The notes under the pieces: generated by a model | What the model was told of the DNA's origin: nothing | The model's input: only the letters and a program-made list of their open reading frames with translations | Databases searched by the model: none | Shown: positions 11,921 through 24,830 of the stretch, piece by piece | How positions within the stretch are numbered: the stretch's first letter is position 1 | How the letters are laid out: each line of letters opens with the position of its first letter | Assembly (NCBI RefSeq): GCF_036321535.1 | Contig: NC_087437.1 | Coordinates: 12,898,001-12,962,000, forward strand | DNA: 64,000 bases | Direction: 5' to 3' | From: Camelus dromedarius | Lineage: Eukaryota | Made by a program: the position numbers and the translations under genes

Positions 11921-12921
11921 ACTTCTTTTGGAGGCCAACTTTTATACCCAGAGCTAACCTGAATACCTCCTGAATTCCTTGTGAGATAAGCAGTTTTGTT
12001 TGACCATAGATTAGCTCCTTTAGGACTGCTGCCCCATACTCTGTCCACACCCTTGAGTGGATTTTCTGGCCTCACCACAGTCCACATTTATGGTAGGTAT
12101 AAAGGGACAGACATGAGAGCCAGACACTCTGGCTCACAGTCACCCAATTGTAATCTTTTTGGAATCTCCATGCTTTCCTTGGAATTTTTACAAATAGAAA
12201 AGAGGATGCATACAAATTGAGAATAGATTGTTTAAGTAGATCTGGTGCTTCTGGCTTCAGAGTTCTTTTTTATTTTTTAGCTACAACATTCTGAACAGTC
12301 TTCTCATTTTGTGGGAATCCACCAGGCTGTAGATCTCGTTGAATGAAGGGTGTTATCTCACAAGATAGAAGCCAGAAGGTTCCACAATTCTCTCTACCTG
12401 GGGTGGAGGCTTAAGAGTGGGAATGTGACTCAAGTTTGGATAATCTAATGTTTCCCTGTGATGTTGAATGGCACGAAGATAATGGCACCAATGATTGAAT
12501 TCAGTAATTCAGTATTCAGTCCCAGTAGTGACAGTGCCCAGTGGAGGGGGCAGCGACATGTAGGGGTGGGCACTTGCACTGTCTTACAGGGGCAGTGGCT
12601 GCTTGGTCGGTTAACTTCTGCAGCTACCTTGTTTCCTTTCCATTTCACAACCCTGGTCTTCCAAGTTTTTGTTGATTCTGTCATTTGTTCATGTCCTTCC
12701 AGTAAATTATTCTTTGATTAACCAGAGTCAGTTTCTGTTGTTCATATTCAAGAACTCTAGCTGATATTGAAAGGCTAAGACCAAAACCAAAACCAAATCA
12801 AACTGAAACCTGGTATGGAGACAACATGACAACTTTTATATTAACTTTCTATCATGTGAAAATTAGTATGTAAAGTATGAATGGGACTATTCTGAAATAG
12901 TATCTTTTATATCTTAATAGT

Positions 12922-13335
12922 AGTGATGGTTAATTTTGTGTGTCGACTTGGCTAGGCCACTCTACCCAGATATGTGATCAAATATTATTCTAGGTGTTTC
13001 TATGCAGTATTTTTAAGGATAAGTTTAATATTTAAATCAGTAGACTTTGAGTAAAGCAGATTACTTTCCACAATGTGAGTGAGTTGAAGGCCATCCAATC
13101 AATTAAAGGCCTTACGAGAAAGACTGACCTTCCTTGACGAGGAGGAAATTCTGCCAGTGAAGCTTCTCTGATTGCAAACTGCCGTTCTACTCTGGGTCTC
13201 CAGCCTGCCAGCTTACCCTGTAGACTCTGAACCTGCCAGCTTCTACAATCACGTAAGCCAATTCCTTAAAATAAATCTTTTTCTCTTTCCAAAATCCTGT
13301 TGGCTCTGTTTCTCTGGAGAACTATGATTAATACA
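12922..13335 (+). mobile_element. MLT2 (ERVL) solo LTR
   Basis: Starts 'gtgatggttaattttgtgtgtcgacttggctaggcc', ends 'ctgtttctctggagaactatgattaataca'; perfect 5-bp TSD ATAGT at 12917-12921 and 13336-13340. Confidence 0.92.
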
Positions 13336-15149
13336 ATAGTCAGGCATACTACCCTGTGATAGGCAGAGATCTCTCTTCTGTGTGCTAAATAGCTCTAGTA
13401 ATACTTACTCTTTGGTGCAATTATGCCGCTCCACCCCCTTGTTGGATTTAGGCAAACATTTTCTTGTAAGAAGGAGTTTCTAATACAACAGAGAGCATAC
13501 CTACTTCCTGCCTAACACCGCTTCCCCGAGGGGCTAGAGTGGATCTGTTTAGTGCCTGGTCAGGGAGCGTTAGCTTAGCCACCATTGGTGCCTCCTGGAT
13601 CAATCCTTCAAACCCATCAGGTAGGCCCTGCACTTGGGGACAGCAATCTCACCAGCCAGTGATGTCCCTCTCGGGATGTTGTTGCTTGGGGGTAAGGGGT
13701 TCACAGCAGTTCTGAATTAGAAGAGATTATCCAGTCCAAGCAATTCCTATAGAGCCATTGAGTCTTCCTGGATAGTATTAGAAATAGATGAGGGAGAAGA
13801 CACAAAGGGAACAGGACTTAAGTAGGGAAATGTTGGTTAGGGTAATTCCCCGCTTCAAACCTGTCTGATGCTCTAGGAGTTTAAAGGAGGAGACATAAGA
13901 GAAAGGCAAGAGAGGAGTGATGCTCAGTTGGGAGAGCTGGTGCCTGGTGAAGGAGGTAAGAGGAGGGCTCTTTTGGAGGACAGGACGGCGCTCTGGAATC
14001 TTGTATCAGGTGGAAGCTGCAAGCCAACGCAATCTGACTTATTTCTGTTACAATCTAGTTATGCAGGTTTGCTGTGAGGATCAAACAAATGAGGTCTTGT
14101 ATATGATGGTGTCAGATGAACCACAGAAAACGACGCAAAGGCAACTTAATGAGAGGCGAGTGGATGTGCGGGAGAAAACACTGAAGCAAGGTCGGCATGT
14201 CCTTTTCCCATTCCACCAGCTGGCTCCTCTCCCCCCAGTTCAAGTGCAGAAAAGAAAGACCAAGGAGAAAGAAAGCTAGAAGAGCAAACTTTATCAGCCC
14301 CCCCCCCCGAAGTTCCTAGAGTAACCTTCCAAAGCGAATCTGCGCACATCACTGCTCCCCTGCTGTACACATGGAGAAGAGCCACCTGGATCGGCCCTCC
14401 AGAGATACCTTGAGTGCAGCGGACAGCCTCAATTCTCTGGTCCTCAGGATCGGCCTCACCTGCAGAGAGGTGCACCCCCCACCGCCTCCTCCTCCCGACT
14501 AACCCAGGTCACACCCTTCCCCGAGGCCTACACCCAGTGCTGAGTCACTTGGAGAGATAAAGGCCTGGCAATTTCTGCTTAAAGCTTATTTCTTAATGGA
14601 AATAAAAGGTTAAAAAATGTTAAAACAAGTATGAATATCTTATAGATGATTGTATGAATTTTAAAGTTAAAACATATTTCAAAAACGTTTGGCCCAAGCA
14701 GGAAGTTGCTTTAATCTCCAGCCTTAAATCCTAGGGAAAAGACTAGATTCTTCTGTGTTGTTAGGACATTAGTTAATAATCTGAGACGTTCCGGCCTTTC
14801 ATTTTCGGACCTACGTAGTGAAGCGTAAGACCTTCTTCCCCTGCTGCCACCATCTTTGCCGCCAGGCCTCCTGTCTTCCTGCACTCACATGCTTCACTCC
14901 AGCCATGCGGGATCATAGCAGCTCCCAAACACCTTGGAGTGGCCATGTGTCTTGTGTATGTCCCAGACCACCCGCTTAGTTTTGTTCTGCTTCTTCGACC
15001 GTGAATCTTTACTTGTGTCAAGTCTCCACACGTTCTCCACTCTCTGTCCCTTGGGCTTGAGTAAAAGCCCCTCTATTTTGTGGCTCTGGGAGTGGGCTTG
15101 TGATCTGGGCCCGTCCAGAGTGCCGTATCCTCTCGACCAAAGGGACAGA

Positions 15150-15500
15150 GGATTGTGTGATTCCGCTGGACACTGAATCACAATTTCAAGGCTTTTATAG
15201 AACTATCAGGAAGGGAAGAAACATTTTTTTCCACTGAGGTTATTGAGAAACTGAGATGTAAACCTGGAGCGGCCATCAGTCGCCTCACACCATGAAGGGG
15301 AAGGAGGTGTAAGCACTGAGGCTGCAGAGAGCGAAGGGAGCGGGGAGGCGAGGAGAGGCTAGTGTGCTGAGTGCCTAGGTCTAGAGATACCAGAAGTCCG
15401 CACACGCCTGGACGCTTTACCTCCGTGAAACAATGCATTTCTATGGGGGTTTTAACCAACTGAGTGGGGCTTTGTATATGAGTTTTTATATGTATATAAG
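15150..15500 (+). mobile_element. Old MaLR (MLT1-type) LTR remnant
   Basis: 'gatgtaaacctggagcggccatc...accatgaagggg' and 3' 'ttaaccaactgagtggggcttt' resemble MLT1J/K. Confidence 0.45.
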
Positions 15501-17944
15501 TGACACCTTAAGTGACACCTTGTCTTCACCGAATCACCCTGACCCTGGTGAATACCTTTATTTAAGAATGAGAACAGAAATCTCTCCCCATGTGAACCCG
15601 AATCCCTTGGGCAGAGACTGAATTATTGTCTCTTTTGGTCTCTCATAGCATCTGGTCCATATAACTTCATTAGAACCTGGTTTCTTGCTATGTTCTTCAT
15701 CCGTTTACATCTTTCACTGGGAGGGTGACCCACCTTCACCCTCCCTCCCTGTCGAGACTATTTGATCTTCATTTATCCCTAATGTATCAGAGAGTACCTG
15801 GCACAGAGTATATAGTATATATTCATCTGCATAAATGAATGCAAATAGTGCTGAGGGGTGATCGATTATAAAACGTAGTGTATCAAAATACTGGATACTT
15901 CGGACTCTACTAATATTTTTGGACTCTACTAATAGAACTCCCTTTTCCTTTTCCAGGAAGTTTTATTTCTTGGAAAGTATTAGAAATATAATTATACAAA
16001 GTACGATTTCCAGCTGTAATAGGTAATTTCAAGAAAAATGTCTTAGGACCACATGATGAGTGCACTACGGTGAACCCAATGCTGTCATTTCTGGATGGCA
16101 ATTTCGGATCCTTGTTAATGCAGTGAGTAGGAAGTAACTTTCGTCCCACAGTTTTGTTGTGAAAAATAATTGATTCTTAGCAACACTATTGGAAAGTTTC
16201 TCTATCCCAGAAGGATTTGGGGTTGACCAGAAGATCCAAATCTGCCTTCTTCAAGTGACACTTGAAGTTTTCATGCATGTTGTGGGGGCATAACTATTTT
16301 CTCATTAGCTTAGTCTAAAATGAAAAGCAGTTAGTCTTTTGAACATTTTAATGAGTTATTTTCTTGGTTGCTTGGGTGGAACATTTCTCTGCAGTTGAGC
16401 AAATATATTAGAGGCGTGTACACGTCTGTCAGACCTGCTGTGTTGACTTCACTCAGAACTTTGCTATTAACAATTTCTTCATAAGCAGCCTTCTTATCCT
16501 CCTGGTTTTATAGACTGAACCTTTCTGATATCAAAGAATGAAGAGAGAGACACAGTAAACCTTTATCTGTAAACACTGAGAGGGACATAGTAGGAGTCTC
16601 TGGCCTTGATGTGGTTTGCAAAACACATCAAAAGGGAGCAATAAGCAGTAGTCATTATGAGCTAAAAATTGAAATGTTAATTGTTGCATAGATCTGTTTC
16701 TCTTTTGGTGGGAATATTACACAATTATACCATTTAACAAGAGAATAGGAATAAATAAATTTTTATTAAGAAGAATCAGGACTACTTTTATCTTTTAGTT
16801 TTATGACAAGTTGGCAAACTGTATCTGTTTTCTATTTTTTTTTTTTTTTAGCAATTTTATTGTAATTTTACTGCTTTTTGAAATAAACCCACATTCCATA
16901 GGTTAATTCATCTGCTCTGCTTGAAATGACTATGCATGTCATAGTGCCATTATATGACATTATGGGTATATATAATGAGATTGTGGGTCTATGTGTCTGT
17001 CTGCCGGTAGGCAAAGCACATGAAATTATGGTTGTTTGTATCACCAAAATATACAATTTGTAGAGTAAGACTTGGCTACAGATAGAAATAAATATCACTG
17101 GAAATCTTTTTGGATGCACTGTGACATTTCATAAAAAAAATATACTTATCTGCCTACTTTTTGAAAAAGCAAAGATCAGAGGAGTGAAAAGTGGGAGTGA
17201 TTCTATTAACGTTTCTGGTAGAGTTTCCTCTAGTCTTAGGATCTCAAAATTCTTTCAGATACATACACTAATGATTGTGTAACGAGGGCAGAGAAAACAG
17301 CAATTTATCATGATGCCTGGATTAAGTACTCTGGCATGAAACAGAGGAAAACAAGCATCTCTGCAGATGGGAACGTGGCCACATAATGTTTGCAGCAACA
17401 GATTTCTCTGGAGGATTTTTGGCAGGAGGCATAAACATTCATATTGCTGGAACTGCCATATGAGTTATACTGGGGGCTATTTTAAGATAAGCTGGAACCT
17501 GTTAATTATTTCTTGGGCGCTGTAGTTCTGATTTATGTATAGGAGGATTAGAGAAAACGTAAGTAGTTGACAGCTGTCCTCTGGAGTATGATTAGGCCAG
17601 GTGTTTGTGGTTCTGAAATTATTTGAAAATAAAAAATCCTGTTTAGCATATCCAAATCAGGAGGTACAGATTGTATTGATCATTCGGATGAAGACGTTCT
17701 GATTAAGTCAATTCTAACTGGAAGCAGCAGACCAGAACTCTCAGAAAGGGGCAATAGTCTTACCACTGTCGGCTTCTCTGATCTTCAGAACTTCATGAGG
17801 AAAACATGATGATAATGACTGCAATCTCATAGTCTGGCTACTATGAGAATGAAATGGAATTGTGGCTGTAAAGAGCACTTGTTAAATTACAAGGTACCAG
17901 ATAGTATCTATAATTATTTCCACATCAAAACCAGTAGCATTACT

Positions 17945-18428
17945 TCTAGCAGACACTTATGATGCTCTGTCCTATGTCCCGTTAGCCCCGCTGATTTGAA
18001 GGCAGCTGCAGGAGACACTTCCAGGTGAGTGACCAGCATCCTTCACCAAGTGGAGGAAGCCACATCTCTCTACTTTGAAACCACAGAAGGCTGATGAGCC
18101 ACACTCAGCCATGAGCTGGAAGTGTCCTCTGGGGGGAGGTTAGTGCCTCCTGGGGGCAGTCCTGCCTCAGCGCTGATGGGAGTCAGTGCCCAGAGGTTCT
18201 GGGCTTCTTGTCCTCTGGTGAGACAAGGCTGAGGTGTGGTCCACACAGTTCCGCAGCAGGCGGGAGCTCTGGTTGCTCACAGAGGGAACCAGCACACCAT
18301 CTTTCTGTCTTTTCTCACGCTCACTCCTTCAATTCTGCTTTCTTTTCCCATAAAACCGTCTACATCCCAGCCTTTGCCTCAAGCTTTGTTTTCTGAAGCT
18401 ATTACCCTAGCCTAACTTCCTCTAAGAC
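17945..18428 (+). mobile_element. ERVL LTR16-like solo LTR
   Basis: Start 'tagcagacact...gatgctctgtcc', middle 'gagacaaggctgaggtgtggtccacacag...ctggttgctcacagagggaacc', end 'gcctttgcctcaagctttgttttctg...ctaagaca'. Confidence 0.7.
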
Positions 18429-18683
18429 ATTTTGGTGTAGTGCTAAAGAGAAAAAAGACATGAAACTACTGCAGAAGGAGATATTTCAGTAAGCACCCTG
18501 TGGAGAAAATTCCTGGCGGCGAGTTTTATGACCGTACTGGAGGGATTCAGAGGCTGCCGTAACGATGGCCAATGTACCCAGAACTCCTAAAGCTTCAGAG
18601 CTGCTGCTTTCAGTGTTTTTCCAGTCCTTTAATTACAGAAGAAAGTCCTTCACACACATGGGGAGAGGGAACTCGGTTGGTGC

Positions 18684-20018
18684 TTTTTTTAAATTTTTAG
18701 TTTTTTAAATTGAAATATAGTTGATTTACAATGTTGTGCTAGTTTCTGACGTACAGCAGAATTTGTTTCCATTATCGGTTATTTCAAGGTATTGAATGTT
18801 GTTCCCTGTGCTAGACAGTAGGACCTTGTTGTTTTTCTATTTTATATGTAGTAGTTTGCATCTGCTAATCCCAAACTTCTAATTTATCCCTCCTTATCGC
18901 TTTCCCCTTTGGTAACTGTAAGTTTGTTTTCTATGTTTGTGAGTCTGTTTTGGTTTTGTAAATAACTTTGTGTCAGTTTTTAGATTTCACGTATAAGTGA
19001 TAGCATATTTACCTTTCTCTGACTGACTTACTACACTTAGTATGATCATCTCTAGTTCCATTCATATTGCTATAAATGGCATTTTAATTCTTTTTTTATG
19101 GCTGAGTAGTATTCCATTGTGTGTGTATGTGTGTGCGCATGCGTGCACACACATGTATTTTTTACAACTTCATTAAATCATCTGTCGATGGATGTTTAGG
19201 TTGCTTTCATGTCTTGGTTATTGTAAATAGTGCTTCTGTGAACATTGGGGTGCATGTGTCTTTTCGAATTAGAGATTCCTTTTGATACATGCCCAGGAGT
19301 GAGATTGCTGGAACATATGGTAACTCTATTTTAAGGAGCCTCCATACAGTTCTCTGTAGTGGCTGCACCAATCTCGTTCCCAACAACAGTGTAAGAAGTT
19401 TCCCTTTTCCCCACACCCTCTCCAGTGTTAATCATTCGTGGACTTTTTAATGATGACTGTTCTGACTGGTGTGAGGTGATACCTCATTGTAGTTTTGATT
19501 TGCATTTCTCTGATAATTAGTGATGCTGAGCATCTTTTCATGTGCCTCTTGGGCATCTGTATGTCTTCTTTGTAGAAATATCTGTTTGGGTCTTCTGCCC
19601 AGTTTTTGATTGGGTTGTTTATTTTCCTGTTACTGAGTTTGTATGAGTTGTTTGAATATTCTGGAAATCAAACTTTTGTCAGTCGCAACGTTTGCAAATA
19701 TTTTCTCCCAGTCTGTAGGTTGTCTTTTAGTTTTGTTTATGATTTCCTTTGCTGTGCAAAGGCTTGTAAGTTTGCTTAGGTACCACTTGTTTATTTTTGC
19801 TTTTATTTCTATTGCCTTGGGACACTGACCCAGGAGAACATTGCTATGATATATATCAGAGAATGTTTTGCCTATGTTCTCTTCTAGGAGATTTATTTAT
19901 GGTGTCTTATGTTTGCATCTTTAAGCCATTTTGAGTTTATTTGTGTGTGTGGTGTACATGGTATGGTATCCCTTCACTGATTCACATGCGGCTGTCCAAC
20001 TTTCCCTACAACCCTTGC
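18684..20018 (-). mobile_element. LINE-1 3' portion (ORF2 C-terminus + 3'UTR)
   Basis: ORF 19207-19416 LPYVPAISLLGMY...KDTCTPMFTEALFTI; poly-T at about 18684; degenerate TSD 'gagggaa...tggt(g/c)cttt'. Confidence 0.95.
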
Positions 20019-20529
20019 AGGAGGGAAGCCACTGGTCCTTTCTGAGTCATTGAATAATGCTGGTAAAGTACGGCTGCTCTAAAGCTCTGTGAATGGGTGA
20101 CTAAGGGAAGGAAGGACAAAACGTCACAGAACAAGAGAGGAGGAGAAAGCAGGAGTACTATGCATCATCATTCCTTTGCCCCGCCTTCCAGTCTTCCTCC
20201 CGGTCCAGCGTTTATCTTGCAGCATCTGGGTGGAAGTTCCCCCAGAGTGGGGAACCCTGAGCACCGCTCACACTGTGTCCCCCACACAGCAGCTGGATCA
20301 TAGCAGCTGCTCAACACACCATTTTGGGATGAATGAATAAATTAACTGATTGAATTTTTCCCCTTAGGAGTATGCCGTGAGGGAGAGCCCTGGACCAGCA
20401 GGTGGCAGACCCGGTTCAAGTCTAGCGCTGTCATGAAGCCAGGTGGTGGTTTGATCTTGGCAGCTCAGCCAAGGATGCTGGTCTTGGGTGCCCAACTCAA
20501 ACTAAGGCCCTTCCTGGGTCTCAGCGTCA

Positions 20530-20700
20530 TAAGGAGCCATTTAAGAGACTGGGCTTTGGAGTCAGGCAGAGGTGGGTGTGACCCGGCACATCTAAAACAT
20601 GGGACGTTGTGAAAGCTCTTCTAATCCTAATGTCTTAAATTTGTCAAAGGGTTATAATGATACCTTCCTCTCCGGGCTGTTAGGATGCTAACATTTATAA
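20530..20700 (+). mobile_element. MIR remnant
   Basis: 'actgggctttggagtcaggcaga...ataatgataccttcctc...gggctgtt'. Confidence 0.55.
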
Positions 20701-21505
20701 CATTTCTTTTATATAGTAGCCAATAATTTTTATTATTCCCTGCTATCTTCTTCCATTAGTGTTTTTTTAAGACTCCATTTACCTGACAAAGTACCTTAGG
20801 CTGAAAAAAATGGAAAGAGGGAAAATGAGGGGACTGGATAACCCACAGCTGGGGAGTAAGCCCTTTAAATGTCAAGGAGCTTATCTGGGCTTGTTGCCGT
20901 CTGTCCAAACATCACAGACATGCCGTCGTGGAAACTGGCATGCCTGCTAGTGATTCATTTTCCAGAAAGACTGGTATTTTTGAATTTTGTTAAAACTCAA
21001 GCCATTTTATTTTTGGGCTTCCAGATTCCTGTTGCTTCTTTGTTTTTTTAAATCGTCTGCTCTGGTTTTCATGGGTGTGCCATTTTCCTCTGTCGAGGGT
21101 CCTCCGTCCCCTCCTCCTCGTGTCTGGAGGGCTTTGGCCTCAGCGGGAGCTGGTGGCACCCTGGCCAGCACTCTGTGGTGAGTTTGTTTTTCTGCTGACC
21201 TTGCCTGCAAGTTCTTCTGCTCTCCAGTGCCCTCCAGTAGAAGGAGCCAAGCATTCATTTGTCCATCAAGTGTTTTATTTTGGTGGTTCCTGAATCTTCC
21301 AGTTCAGTGCATACATTCCAGGCCAGAGGCTGCCTAAATTACTTTTCAACAAACACTGTCCTCTGAACTCTTCTTCTTGGGTGTGAACTGAAAGATTGTT
21401 TGATGGGAGTGGAAGTGTTGAGCCGCAGAGCTCGGAGGGGAAAGCATCTCCTCATTCCACGTTAAACGCCTTACCAAAAGACATTTTTGCTTGGAAGGGG
21501 TATTT

Positions 21506-21973
21506 GTGTGGCAGACTACAAATACAGCCACCACTCCTGACCTCTCCTTCTGCAACGAGAGACTTTGCAGTTTTTCCCATAAAGAGGCAGTCTGTTTCTC
21601 CAAACCTTGAACCTGGGCTGGGCTGGTGACTTTCCTTGGCAAATAGGATGCAGCAAACTGACTGTGTGTGACTTAAGAGCCTGGCCTCAGGAGACCTCGC
21701 GTGCCGCCATTCTTTCTCTTGGAATACTGCCAGCCGTCCCAGGAACAAGCCTGGACAGCCAGATGGAGGTTGAAATACTATGTGCACCAGAGCAGTCATC
21801 CCAGTGTCCCAAGCAAGGTCCCGGATGTGTGAAAGAGCTTAGCCAAGACCAATCAAGCCTGACCCAGATCAGTAGAATCATCTAGATGACTGCAGACGCG
21901 TGAGTCATAATAAAGGGTTGTTTTAAATCACCACATTTTGGGATAGTTTGTTATGCAGCAAAATCTAACTGAT
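21506..21973 (+). mobile_element. MaLR solo LTR (MLT1F/H-like)
   Basis: 'tgtggcagactac...ccttgaacctgggctgg...gttttaaatcaccacattttgggatagtttgttatgcagcaaaatctaactga'. Confidence 0.8.
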
Positions 21974-22544
21974 TTGGGGTTTTATAAACCCATCAATACG
22001 CATTATGTTAAATTGACTGTTTAGATTCTAGGTGTCAATGACAAGCATGGAGAATAATGCTTAGCGGAGCAGAGATGAGAACAGAGGGCACGATTCCATG
22101 GTGGAAGGATGCTTTCTCAGAGTGCTCTTCGCCTGATGCCACTGACAGGCAGATCACTGAGGGTTCACGTTCTTCAGTGGCTTTCATAGTAAAAAGCTCT
22201 TGGAAGGTCATCAACTACTGTTCTAGCTGAGGAGGGCAGACTCCAGGATTCTACTCTCTTTTCTAGGACTTCTGTGTGTCCTGGGGTGTGGTGAAAGACG
22301 GGCGCATGGGGAAGAGCAGATGAGGACTGACCCAGTCTGTGGGCACTGCTGCTGGAAGGCCAAAGTCTATGAGAGGTTTATTGGAAACAGTCTATGTCTT
22401 GTCTATCACCTTAAATGGTATAGCTTTGTAAACTTTTAAATTTTTTAAATTTTAATTTTTTATTGAAGTTTAGTTGATTTATAATGTTAGTTAAAAGTGA
22501 TTCAAGCACATTTGATGTAGTAATTTCTTTCCTGAAATTTCTTC

Positions 22545-22880
22545 TTCTTTTCTAATTCATAGACGTTATTTTTTCAGAGCAGTTTCAGGTTCACAGCAGA
22601 ATAGAGCAGAAAATATAGAGAGTTTGCCCATAGCCCTCCCCACCCACACATATATACTCCCCTCCCGTCAACATCCCTCATCAGTGTGGCATATTTGGTA
22701 CAATTTATGAACCAACAGGGGCACTTATTATCAAAGTCCACAGTTTACATTAGGGGTCACTCTTGATGTTGTACAGTCTATGGGCTTTGACAGGTGCATA
22801 ATGACATGTAGCCACCACTACAGTATCATACAGAATAACTTCACTGCCCTAAAAATCCCTTGTGCCCCATCTATTCATTC
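22545..22880 (-). mobile_element. Old L1M (L1MC-like) 3' end
   Basis: 'gagcagtttcaggttcacagca...agtccacagtttacattagggg...gtacagtctatgggctttgaca'. Confidence 0.8.
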
Positions 22881-23999
22881 TTCTTTTACTTAGCAAATTA
22901 TTTTCTCTCCACAGAAAATGAATGCTGTAACCAAGGCTCCCTTCTATTTGAAAGTTTGAAAGAGTTTTGTTTTTTTTTTCCTGCATAGGGATAACATCAG
23001 ATTTTATTGGCTTTATCTGGAAGAGGCAGTCTCTCATCACTAGCTGAACTCAAAATACCCAGAGTAAAATTTGGTAAACTCAAGCAGAAGTGGTCTCCAG
23101 ATATTTAAAGACATTTCTGCATTTATATATTTTTCCTTTAGAAAATTTTAGGGCTAATGTAACCTAATATTTTTTGATCTAAAAAGTGACTAACTTCACC
23201 CCCTTTTTAAACAGGATGGCAAAATATTCCTTATTTAAAAAAAGATATTTGAGATTCAAGAGAATAAAAGCTAGATAAAGAAAAACAGTGTCGTGAATCA
23301 TATGCTTTAAAAAATGAAAATCTTCAAATTATCACACAGTTGCATACTGTTTGGCTGGTTGGCTTTGGCAAGATAAGTTTGGGAACATTGCCCATCAGAT
23401 TACTTGGCTCCACTGAGCAGAGTTTGGCCTGTACCAATGCTGCAGTAAAATTCTTGCTATTTATTTATGTCACAAATCAACACAGAAGTGCACATTTCAG
23501 GTCTAGAGAATCAGAGAAACCTAGTCCTGACAAATTGCTGACACTGAAACTCTACTCACAAGTCCATGTTGAAGACTCCTTCTGGATGGAGGCACTTAGA
23601 CACATTGCCCAGTGATTATGATGTCAAGAGTCTGGTGCCCAGACGGGCCCTCTCCCACGATGGATGCCATCTCATGTTGGTTTCTTTCTGCCCAGGTGCG
23701 CTCTGTGCTTAAGCTGGACATTGTGATGAAAGAGTCTCCACTCACTATGACTCACCGCTCCTTCCCAGAGGAACTGGCACAAAGTAACTCTCTGTCTAAC
23801 AGCTTATAATTACCACCCATAACACAGTTACCAAAAGAGTTCTCAGCAGATGGTACTGACCCTAAGTGATGGCGCTTTCTGGTGGATATCAGGTGTTGAA
23901 TCTTTAACAATCCCAGTTACTAGCTAGGAATTCTTGATTGTTGTTAGGACAATAGACTATAAATAATTTATATGCAGCATTTAACTAAGAACATTTTTA

Positions 24000-24830
24000 T
24001 GTCAGTTAGGGATGTTCTTTAGTTGTGTTTATCAACTACCTACTTAATTGTGGCTTAAACAATGAGTGTATTTTCTCTCATATAATGAAGAGTGGAGGTA
24101 GACGTTTCCAGAGTTCTGTCAGTGGTTCAGCCATGTCAAAACTTGTTTTGGACTGAATGTTTATGTCTCCAGAAAATTCATCTGATGAAGCCCTAACCCC
24201 ATGTATGATGGTATTTGGAGATGGAACCTCTGGGAGGTAATTAGGATTAGATGAGATATTGAGGGTGGGGCCCTCATCATGGGATTAGTGCCCTTGTAAG
24301 AAAAGATACCAGAGAACCCGGTGTCTCTCTCTCTTCTGGCATGAGAACAAAGGAAGGGTCATGTGAGTACACAGTAAGATGATAGCCACCTTCAAGCCAA
24401 GAGAAGAGGCCTCAGAATGGAACCTACCTAGCTGGCACCTTGATCTTGGACTTCCTAGCTTCCAGAACTATGAGAAATAGACCTTTGCTAAGCCACTCAG
24501 TCTATGGTATCTTGTTGTGACAGCTGGAGCAGCCTAATACAGAGTTCTAGGATGACATAATTCTCTTGTGTTTCCCATCATGATTGTAAATTGGCTGCCA
24601 CACCTCTAGGCATCACATCATATAAATGATATTAACTAAAGGCAAAAAGCTGAGTGATAACCAGAACGGTGAATATGATTTCTCCCCATATCTCTTCTTC
24701 TATCAAGGAAGGAAAAAAACCTTTCCAGGAAACTTTACATCTCAAAGGCCAGAACTGGGTCACATGGCCATTCCTAAAAACAGCGAGTCTGGGAAAGTGA
24801 GTACCTTGCTTTTTCAGCCTTTGTAAAGGG
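24000..24830 (-). mobile_element. Old MLT1-type LTR split by a younger MLT1A
   Basis: 'gtcagttagggatg...gtggcttaaacaa' on the left and 'ggccagaactgggtcacatggcc...ctgggaaagtgagta' on the right. Confidence 0.6.
24144..24541 (+). mobile_element. MLT1A-like MaLR solo LTR
   Basis: 'tgttttggactgaatgtttatgtctcc...gccctaacccc...gatggtatttggagatgg...gctggcaccttgatcttggacttcc...ctaataca'. Confidence 0.9.

Noticed and set aside
13502..13711. Minus-strand coding exon (acceptor and donor present)
   Set aside because: No frame is open across it and no peptide is recognisable
16050..16130. C/D-box snoRNA (ATGATGA box C)
   Set aside because: No suitably placed CTGA D box or terminal stem
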